A model generated the notes under the pieces. The model was not told the origin of the DNA. It ran no database searches and saw nothing but the letters and a program-made list of their open reading frames with translations. This document shows positions 19,634-28,038 of a stretch of 64,000 nt of DNA, piece after piece (within the stretch, counting starts at the first letter, position 1; each line of letters starts with the position of its first letter). Location: positions 17,495 through 81,494 of the forward strand of contig DAHXOT010000032.1 of assembly GCA_027364735.1 (NCBI GenBank). The letters run 5' to 3'. A program made the position numbers and the translations under genes. This DNA is from Hydrotalea sp. Its GTDB lineage: Bacteria; Bacteroidota; Bacteroidia; Chitinophagales; Chitinophagaceae.

Positions 19634-22600
19634 ATGAAAAAAATTTTAGGACTTGACCTAGGAACTAATAGTATTGGATGGGCTCTGTTAAATACCAATG
19701 AGAATGGAAAACCTTGCAGTATTGCAGGAATGGGCAGCCGGATTATTCCGATGACGCAAGATGTTTTAGATACTTTTAGTGGCGGCAAACCCTTGGAGAC
19801 ACAAACCTCAGCTCGCACAGGATATCGCGGAGTACGTCGGATTCGTGAACGGCATTTGCTACGTCGTGAACGTTTACATCGCGTGTTAAATGTTTTAGGT
19901 TTCCTACCTGAACATTATGCCAACCATATTGATTTCAATAAGCATTACGGAAAATTTGTTGATGAATCTGAACCAAAACTTACATACAACAACAGACAAT
20001 TTATTTTTGCAGAGTCATTTGAGGAAATGCTGAATGACTTCAAACAATTACAACCTCAATTATTCTATACAAAGTCCAATGGAAAAGAAACCAAAATCCC
20101 ATACGATTGGACAATTTACTATTTGCGTAAGAAAGCGTTGAGCCATAAAATTGCCAAAGAAGAATTGGCATGGATAATTCTGAATTTCAATCAAAAACGT
20201 GGCTATTACCAATTGCGTGGAGAAGAGGAAGAAAGAACTGATGTTAATGAGTTCTGTGCTTTGCTGAAAATAATATCTGTTGAAAAAGGAGAGAAAGACA
20301 AAAAGAACGATAGGAAAACTTGGTACAAAATTTCTTTTGAGAATGGATGGGAATATTCTGCCACATTTACTTCTGAACCCAAATGGCTAAATACTGAGAA
20401 AGAATTTCTAATAACGGAAGAATTCGAAGAAGATGGTAGCATTAAAATAGTAAAGGATAAGAAATCAGATACAAATGGTAAAGAAAAACGAAGAATCACA
20501 CCTTTGCCATCCTTTGATGAAATTAACCTGATGAGTAAAAAAGAACAGGATAAAATTTATAAAAAAATAAAAGCAAGAACAGAAATTACAATAAGAAACA
20601 GTAATAAGACCGTCGGCAGCTATATTTACGAAAGTTTATTACAAACGCCTGCACAAAAAATACGGGGAAAATTAGTCCGTACCATAGAACGTAAATTTTA
20701 CAAAGAAGAATTAGTTGCTATTCTGAAAAAACAAATCGAAATTCAGCCGGAACTGTTTACTGAGGAGCTGTACAATGATTGTGTGCGTGAACTTTACCGA
20801 AGCAACGAAACTCAACAGCTTGTTTTGAGCAAACGTGATTTTGTCCATTTGCTTGTTGAAGACATTATTTTCTACCAACGACCGCTTCGTAGCCAAAAGT
20901 CTTCAATTGGGAATTGCACCATGGAATACCGGATATATAAAGACAAAGACAGCAATCAGATAAAGGAATACCTCAAGGCTATACCCAAATCACATCCACT
21001 TTATCAGGAATTCCGGGTTTGGCAGTGGCTATATAATCTAAAAATATATCGAAAAGAAGATGACAAAGATGTAACCGCTGAATTTTTAAAAGATGCTAAT
21101 GCCTTAGTAGCCCTTTTCGAATTTCTGATGTTGCAAAAAGAAATTGGACACAAGGATGTTCTTAAGCATTTGATTTCACCGACACTAAAAGAGAAATACC
21201 CAAATGCAAAAGCAACGGCATTCAATAAAGAAGTTGATAAGGAAATTGCAAAATACCGCTGGAACTATGTTTTTGACGATTCAAAAGAGAAGGAAGAAGA
21301 AAAATCGAAGAAATACCCCTGCAACACCACCGGTTACGAAATCAGGCGGAGGCTTGAAAAAGTAGAAAACATTCAGACAGACTTTCTCACTCCTCAGGTT
21401 GAGCAACATCTATGGCACATTATTTATTCTGTTACCGACAAATACGAGTACAAATCGGCTCTTGGTAAGTTTGCCAGAAGATACTCTATTGATGAAAATT
21501 CGTTCGTTGCGAACTTTGAAAAATTCCATCCATTTCCAAGCGAGTACGGAGCATATTCCGAAAAGGCAATCAAAAAGTTTTTACCCTTAATGAGAATTGG
21601 TAAATATTGGAATTGGGATGCTATTGATAGTAAAACACAAGAAAGAATTGGGAAAATAATTTCAGGCGAATATGATGATAACATTAAAACCAGAGTCCGA
21701 GAAAAAGCAATAAGTCTAACCGACAATAATCATTTTCAGGGTTTACCCATTTGGCTTGCAAGCTATATTATATACGATCGCCATGCGGAAGCCGATATTG
21801 CCGGAAAATGGAATTTTATTGAAGACTTAGAACAATACCTTAAAGACTTTAAACAACACTCTTTACGAAACCCCATCGTAGAGCAGATTGTGACTGAAAC
21901 ATTGCGAGTGGTACGTGATATCTGGAAGCAATACGGACAAGGTGCTAAAGACTTTTTTAGCGAAATCCATGTTGAGTTGGGACGCGAAATGAAAAACACA
22001 GCTGACGACCGCAAATGGATGACCGAACAAATGGGCAACAACGAAGCTACAAATCTACGAATTAAGTCTTTACTAATGGAGTTGAAGGAAAATACCGACG
22101 GAAAATTACCGGTTGAAAATGTTCGTCCTTACTCACCAATGCAACAAGATGCGTTGAGAATATATGAAGATGGAGTGCTAAACTCAAAGGTTAATTTACC
22201 AGAAGATATTGTCAAAATTAGCAAAACCGCCCAGCCCAGTAAAGCCGAATTGCAGCGCTATAAATTGTGGCTGGAACAAAAATATCGTTCACCATATACA
22301 GGAGAAGTCATTCCATTGGGCCGCCTATTTTCGGAAGATTATCAAATAGAACACGTTATCCCGAAATCCCGATATTTCGACGACAGTTTCAACAACAAAG
22401 TGATTTGCGAGTCAGCCGTAAATCAACTAAAAGATAAGCAGCTTGGATTGGAGTTTATAAAGAATTATCACGGCGAGAAAGTGGAATGTGGTATGTGGAA
22501 AGTAGTGGAGATTTTTACAGAGGAAGCCTATCAGACTTTTGTAAAAGAAAACTATACAAAAAATAAAGCCAAGCGGCAGAATTTGCTATTGGAAGATATT

Positions 22601-24157
22601 CCCGAAAAAATGATTGCCCGCCAAATGAACGACACCCGATATATCAGCAAGTTTATTTCGTCTCTGTTATCAAATATCGTTCGTGCTGATAAAGAGGACG
22701 ATGGTATAAACTCAAAAAATCTGATTCCGGGAAATGGGAAAATAACAACAGCATTGAAAAAGGATTGGGGAATGGACGCTGTTTGGAACGATTTGATACT
22801 GCCTCGCTTTGAACGAATGAATCAATTGACCAACTCAGATGCCTTTACCTATTGGAACGAACAATATCAAAAATTCATGCCGGTTGATTATTCTCCAGCC
22901 GATTGGAAAAGAATTGAAAAGAAAAGAATTGACCACCGTCACCACGCTATGGATGCTTTGGTAATTGCGTGTATGACAAGAGACCATGTTAATCTGCTCA
23001 ACAATCAATCAGCAAAATCGGAAACTTCAAGATACGATCTACAAAACAAATTGAGGAATAAGAGTAAAGAATCATGGTTTGATAAAAGAGCGAATAAACA
23101 AATAGAAAGGGATGTATTTAAAGAATTCAAAAAGCCTTGGGACAACTTCACACTGGATGCAAAAAACGCTTTGGAAACTATTGTTGTCAGCTTTAAACAA
23201 AACCTTCGCGTAATCAATAAAGCAACCAATAATTACCAGAAATGGGTTGAAAAGAACGGAGTTAAAGTAAAGGGAATCGTAAAACAGGAAGGAACAAACT
23301 GGGCAATACGGAAACCGATGCACAAAGAAACGGTTTCGGGCAAGGTGGTCTTAAGCCGGATAAAAGTTCCAAAAGGGAAAATACTTACAGCTACTCGCAA
23401 AAGTATTGATACGACCTTCGATTTAAAGACTATAGACTCTATTACAGATACAGGCATTCAAAAAATCCTTAGGAATTTTCTGGCATACAAAGGCAATAAC
23501 CCAGAGCTTGCCTTTTCACCAGAAGGATTGGAAGAAATGAATGCCAACATAAAACAATACAATGATGGTAAATCTCACAAACCGATTAGGAAGGTTAGGA
23601 TATTTGAATTGGGAAGTAAATTCTCTTTGGGTGAAAGAGGAAATAAGAAATATAAGTATGTGGAAGCGGCAAAGGGAACAAATTTGTTTTTTGCAATATA
23701 CATCAATGAAGCTGGTATTCGGAGTTTTGAAACTATCCCTTTAAACATAGCTATTGAACAGCTAAAACAAGGTAAAAGCCCAGTAACGGAGATAAAATTT
23801 GATGAAAAGATGAATAAGTTTACTTTACAAACTTACCTTAGTCCAAATGATCTCGTTTATGTTCCGTATCAAGATCAGAGGACTCAAAGCAGTATTACTG
23901 TGATTGATAAGAGCAGAATTTATAAATTTATTGACTCAAGTGACTCTACTGCAAACTTTATTCCTGCCACTTCCGCTTCGACAATTTTCAATCTCAACAA
24001 AAAAGATCAGGAAAAAAAGGGATTGAATTTCGGAATGCAAAATGAATTTGGAATAGGAAGTCCTCAATCAAAAAACCAAAAAGCACTTTCTGGAGAAATG
24101 ATTAAAGATGTTTGTATCAAACTAAAAGTTGATCGATTAGGCAACATCTTATTTTAG
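19634..24157 (+). CDS. cas9: Type II-C CRISPR-associated endonuclease Cas9 (1507 aa)
   Basis: RuvC-I MKKILGLDLGTNSIGWA; Arg-rich bridge helix RTGYRGVRRIRERHLLRRERL; HNH YQIEHVIPKSRYFDDSFNNKVICESAVNQLK; RuvC-III IDHRHHAMDALVIAC. Followed by cas1 and cas2, with no csn2 or cas4. The ATG at 19634 is preferred over 19553, which overlaps the tracrRNA. Confidence 0.95.
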   Translation: MKKILGLDLGTNSIGWALLNTNENGKPCSIAGMGSRIIPMTQDVLDTFSGGKPLETQTSARTGYRGVRRIRERHLLRRERLHRVLNVLGFLPEHYANHIDFNKHYGKFVDESEPKLTYNNRQFIFAESFEEMLNDFKQLQPQLFYTKSNGKETKIPYDWTIYYLRKKALSHKIAKEELAWIILNFNQKRGYYQLRGEEEERTDVNEFCALLKIISVEKGEKDKKNDRKTWYKISFENGWEYSATFTSEPKWLNTEKEFLITEEFEEDGSIKIVKDKKSDTNGKEKRRITPLPSFDEINLMSKKEQDKIYKKIKARTEITIRNSNKTVGSYIYESLLQTPAQKIRGKLVRTIERKFYKEELVAILKKQIEIQPELFTEELYNDCVRELYRSNETQQLVLSKRDFVHLLVEDIIFYQRPLRSQKSSIGNCTMEYRIYKDKDSNQIKEYLKAIPKSHPLYQEFRVWQWLYNLKIYRKEDDKDVTAEFLKDANALVALFEFLMLQKEIGHKDVLKHLISPTLKEKYPNAKATAFNKEVDKEIAKYRWNYVFDDSKEKEEEKSKKYPCNTTGYEIRRRLEKVENIQTDFLTPQVEQHLWHIIYSVTDKYEYKSALGKFARRYSIDENSFVANFEKFHPFPSEYGAYSEKAIKKFLPLMRIGKYWNWDAIDSKTQERIGKIISGEYDDNIKTRVREKAISLTDNNHFQGLPIWLASYIIYDRHAEADIAGKWNFIEDLEQYLKDFKQHSLRNPIVEQIVTETLRVVRDIWKQYGQGAKDFFSEIHVELGREMKNTADDRKWMTEQMGNNEATNLRIKSLLMELKENTDGKLPVENVRPYSPMQQDALRIYEDGVLNSKVNLPEDIVKISKTAQPSKAELQRYKLWLEQKYRSPYTGEVIPLGRLFSEDYQIEHVIPKSRYFDDSFNNKVICESAVNQLKDKQLGLEFIKNYHGEKVECGMWKVVEIFTEEAYQTFVKENYTKNKAKRQNLLLEDIPEKMIARQMNDTRYISKFISSLLSNIVRADKEDDGINSKNLIPGNGKITTALKKDWGMDAVWNDLILPRFERMNQLTNSDAFTYWNEQYQKFMPVDYSPADWKRIEKKRIDHRHHAMDALVIACMTRDHVNLLNNQSAKSETSRYDLQNKLRNKSKESWFDKRANKQIERDVFKEFKKPWDNFTLDAKNALETIVVSFKQNLRVINKATNNYQKWVEKNGVKVKGIVKQEGTNWAIRKPMHKETVSGKVVLSRIKVPKGKILTATRKSIDTTFDLKTIDSITDTGIQKILRNFLAYKGNNPELAFSPEGLEEMNANIKQYNDGKSHKPIRKVRIFELGSKFSLGERGNKKYKYVEAAKGTNLFFAIYINEAGIRSFETIPLNIAIEQLKQGKSPVTEIKFDEKMNKFTLQTYLSPNDLVYVPYQDQRTQSSITVIDKSRIYKFIDSSDSTANFIPATSASTIFNLNKKDQEKKGLNFGMQNEFGIGSPQSKNQKALSGEMIKDVCIKLKVDRLGNILF

Positions 24158-24161
24158 GTAT

Positions 24162-24755
24162 ATGCCACCACTTCTTCCCAATCAATATTATCATATATAC
24201 AACCATGCCAATGGGGATGATAATCTTTTTAGGGAAGAGGAGAATTATCGTTTCTTTTTACAACAATACCATCAACATATAGATGCTATAGCCGATACAG
24301 TTGCATGGTGTTTGATGCCTAATCATTTTCACCTGCTTGTTAAAATAAAAAACGAAGAATCGCTGCTGCAAACTTTTTCAAAGTTTGAAACTTTGGAAAA
24401 GTTGCTGTCGAAGAAATTTTCTAACCTCTTCAGTAGCTATACGCAGGCTTTTAATAAATTATATCAACGCAGGGGTTCGCTTTTTATAAAGAACTTTAAA
24501 AGAAAATAAATCACTTCTTCTCAGTATTTACAAACCCTCGTTTTATACATCCACCTCAATCCTATTAAACATGGTTTTACAAAAAAGATTTCTGAGTGGC
24601 AATGGAGTTCTTACCACTACATTCAGCATCATTTCTATGAGCTTCCATTCATCGTAAAAGGGTTTGAAAATAAAAACACTTTTCTCGAACAACATCTAAT
24701 AAAACTCAATCGTTTTAGTGAATATATCGCATTAGAGGAATCACTCACTCAGTAA
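24162..24755 (+). pseudogene. RAYT-like Y1 (HUH) tyrosine transposase, IS200/IS605 TnpA superfamily, interrupted by an in-frame TAA at 24507-24509
   Basis: YHIYNHANG...; HUH motif MPNHFHLLV; RRGSLF..NFK; then, after the in-frame stop, YIHLNPIKHGF....WQWSSYH (catalytic Tyr region). Same reading frame before and after the stop. Starts 4 nt after the cas9 stop and ends 11 nt before the cas1 ATG. Confidence 0.75.
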
Positions 24756-24766
24756 ATCATATTAGT

Positions 24767-25681
24767 ATGATAAAACGCACTCTTTGCATAGAATCTCCTT
24801 GTCATCTTAAATGCCGCAACGAGCAATTGGTAGTAAGTTATGAGCACATAAAAGGATACGAGAACAGAGAAGAAAAAACAGTAGCTATTGAAGATATTGG
24901 TATGCTTATTTTAGAGCATCAGCAAATAACCCTCTCTCATTATTTGTTAGATAAGTTGGTGGCCAATAATACAGCTGTGATTACTTGCAACGAAACCCAC
25001 CACCCCAGTGGCATGCTACTATCGTTAGAAAGCCATACCCTACAAAGCGAAAGGTTTAGGGCACAGATTGAAGCTACCGAACCATTAAAAAAACAATTAT
25101 GGCAGCAAACGGTAAAAGCAAAAATAACCAATCAGGCATTGGTGTATGAAAGATGGAATATTGCCAATACGTATTTAAAAAACACAGCACAATCGGTAAA
25201 AAGTGGCGATACAGATAATAACGAAGCAAAAGCCGCAGCGTATTATTGGAGTCATCTCTTCCCTCCTGCTTGGCAATTTTTTAGACATAGAGAATGACCA
25301 CCACCTAATAATTTATTAAACTATGGTTATGCCATTATTAGAGCCGCAATGGCAAGAGCCATAGCAGGTGCCGGATTGTTACCTACATTGGGTATATTTC
25401 ATAAAAACCGATATAATGCGTATTGTTTAGCCGATGATATTATGGAGCCTTACAGACCATTTGTTGATGTAATTGTAAGAGGAATTATAGATACAACATC
25501 GGCAGTAGCAACATTAACACAAGATACCAAAATACAACTATTAAAACTGCCTACCGTTGATGTGTTGTTGGATGGAGAAAGCAGTCCGCTAATGATTGCC
25601 ATGCAACGAACTGCCGCATCATTAGCAAAATGTTATACCGGAGAAACAAGAAAAATTTTATATCCAACATTATCATCTTAA
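24767..25681 (+). pseudogene. cas1: CRISPR-associated endonuclease Cas1 (type II) with an in-frame TGA at 25295-25297
   Basis: ORFs 24767-25297 and 25349-25681 share one frame. The continuous translation reads ...[61 protein letters not shown]..., a typical Cas1 core. Total length of 303 sense codons is normal for Cas1. Confidence 0.85.
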
Positions 25682-25700
25682 CCACGTTGTTGAAAGATAA

Positions 25701-26054
<354 letters not shown>

Positions 26055-26110
26055 CTGCCAAACAAATACACCGAGTTTTTTTTACCGGCTTCCAGAATAC
26101 AAGTAGAAAT

Positions 26111-26146
26111 AAAAAAACCATTATAACTTAATGCATAATGGTTTTT
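26111..26146. terminator. Bidirectional intrinsic terminator between the cas operon and the CRISPR array
   Basis: A7 - CCATTAT (26118-26124) - 10-nt loop - ATAATGG (26135-26141) - T5. The hairpin is flanked by an A run and a T run, so it can terminate transcripts from either strand. Confidence 0.65.
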
Positions 26147-26213
26147 AACTACGATTTTTTAAGTTCTTATTTACTTCTAAAATCCTTACCAGATAAGGCT
26201 TACCGCTTAAGCT

Positions 26214-27952
26214 GTTGTTATCAAAGATCGTAAGAACTTAAATTGAAAGCAAATCACAACAGGGCTCAGCAGGAACTTCAAAAATCTTCAGTTGTTATCA
26301 AAGATCGTAAGAACTTAAATTGAAAGCAAATCACAACGAAGATGCTGCCATACTTCACAGAGTAATGGTTGTTATCAAAGATCGTAAGAACTTAAATTGA
26401 AAGCAAATCACAACAGTTCTTCAGTGGAACTCCATTTTAATTCGTTGTTATCAAAGATCGTAAGAACTTAAATTGAAAGCAAATCACAACTATTTTCAAT
26501 CCATTCAACATTACCTGTTGGTTGTTATCAAAGATCGTAAGAACTTAAATTGAAAGCAAATCACAACAAAATAAATATATGAGTGCTATAAGTCAAAGTT
26601 GTTATCAAAGATCGTAAGAACTTAAATTGAAAGCAAATCACAACATAAATGCTTCTGTTAGCGCAGAGGCATTTGTTGTTATCAAAGATCGTAAGAACTT
26701 AAATTGAAAGCAAATCACAACGCAAAAGCGTGTCATTACAACTGCGGTGTAGTTGTTATCAAAGATCGTAAGAACTTAAATTGAAAGCAAATCACAACGG
26801 TGGCATAATAGATGACCCATCGACATACGTTGTTATCAAAGATCGTAAGAACTTAAATTGAAAGCAAATCACAACATAAATGCTTCTGTTAGCGCAGAGG
26901 CATTTGTTGTTATCAAAGATCGTAAGAACTTAAATTGAAAGCAAATCACAACTAATAATAAAATGGTCTTTTAATAGTTCTAGTTGTTATCAAAGATCGT
27001 AAGAACTTAAATTGAAAGCAAATCACAACATACAGTATTGTGCAGTGTTCAGCAAACAAGTTGTTATCAAAGATCGTAAGAACTTAAATTGAAAGCAAAT
27101 CACAACATTCTGACATCATTTTCATATCCGCTATCAGTTGTTATCAAAGATCGTAAGAACTTAAATTGAAAGCAAATCACAACTTATACAATGTGGTTAA
27201 AGTATATTCATATGTTGTTATCAAAGATCGTAAGAACTTAAATTGAAAGCAAATCACAACAAAATGACTTTCGTATTTAATGTTGCTGGCGTTGTTATCA
27301 AAGATCGTAAGAACTTAAATTGAAAGCAAATCACAACATGCTGAAGAAGTAACAGCACTTTCCTCCTGTTGTTATCAAAGATCGTAAGAACTTAAATTGA
27401 AAGCAAATCACAACATAATAGCTTGTGTCTCTGTTCTTCCTGCAGTTGTTATCAAAGATCGTAAGAACTTAAATTGAAAGCAAATCACAACAATAGTGCA
27501 ACATTTCAAACTTGCTAAAATGTTGTTATCAAAGATCGTAAGAACTTAAATTGAAAGCAAATCACAACAAACGGCCTACGCTCAAATATTCAGTCTCAGT
27601 TGTTATCAAAGATCGTAAGAACTTAAATTGAAAGCAAATCACAACTATTAGATCAAAGCGACCATCCGGCATATGTTGTTATCAAAGATCGTAAGAACTT
27701 AAATTGAAAGCAAATCACAACACTTAAATGGTTTACGTGGTAATATTCAAAGTTGTTATCAAAGATCGTAAGAACTTAAATTGAAAGCAAATCACAACAA
27801 TGCCGAAGAAGTAAGCGCTTTATCATCTGTTGTTATCAAAGATCGTAAGAACTTAAATTGAAAGCAAATCACAACAAATTGATGCAGTAAAAGAAATTCT
27901 TCAATGTTGTTATCAAAGATCGTAAGAACTTAAATTGAAAACGAATCACAAC
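26214..27952 (-). CRISPR. CRISPR array: 23 repeats of 47 nt, 22 spacers (20 of 30 nt, 2 of 29 nt)
   Basis: Repeat on the plus strand is GTTGTTATCAAAGATCGTAAGAACTTAAATTGAAAGCAAATCACAAC. In the crRNA-sense (minus) orientation it is GTTGTGATTTGCTTTCAATTTAAGTTCTTACGATCTTTGATAACAAC. Period is 77 nt, and the 29-nt spacers are at 26415-26443 and 27646-27674. The strand was assigned from tracrRNA anti-repeat complementarity. Confidence 0.97.
27906..27952 (-). repeat. Degenerate terminal CRISPR repeat (2 substitutions)
   Basis: GAAAACGAATCAC replaces the consensus GAAAGCAAATCAC. In crRNA sense, GATTTGC becomes GATTCGT. All 22 other repeats are identical. Confidence 0.95.
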
Positions 27953-28019
27953 TTCCTAATTCAATAAAAATTTTATACTTAGCTACCAACCAGTATCTTA
28001 TAAACTAAAGACTTTCCCC

Positions 28020-28027
28020 TATATTTG
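28020..28027 (+). promoter_or_regulatory. Candidate -7 box (TATATTTG) for pdhA
   Basis: Exact TAnnTTTG match 11 nt upstream of the TTG at 28039. No convincing -33 TTTG partner was seen. Confidence 0.35.
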
Positions 28028-28038
28028 CCCCTCAAAAT

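Noticed and set aside
20206-23457. Multiple 60-100-aa ORFs antisense to or out of frame with cas9, and similar shadow ORFs inside most other genes in the track.
   Set aside because: They lie entirely within strongly supported longer genes, are low-complexity translations of AT-rich antisense sequence, and show no recognisable motifs.
24162-24755. The transposase-like gene as an autonomous IS200/IS605 insertion.
   Set aside because: There is no tnpB/iscB partner. Only 4 nt and 11 nt of flanking non-coding sequence remain, so there is no room for the sub-terminal hairpin ends. cas9 and cas1 are not truncated at the junctions. It is kept as a finding instead.
25295-25297. In-frame TGA in cas1 as evidence for an alternative genetic code (TGA = Trp or Gly) or for selenocysteine.
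   Set aside because: TGA ends well-supported genes in the same window (9156-9158 for the binding protein, 44091-44093 for cinA). The position is not a conserved Cys/Sec site in Cas1, and I saw no SECIS-like hairpin immediately downstream.
26147-26213. Second tracrRNA or anti-repeat between cas2 and the array.
   Set aside because: The 12-nt match is to the middle of the repeat, not to the crRNA-retained 5' part. Flanking bases do not extend the pairing, and the 19516-19600 candidate is far better.
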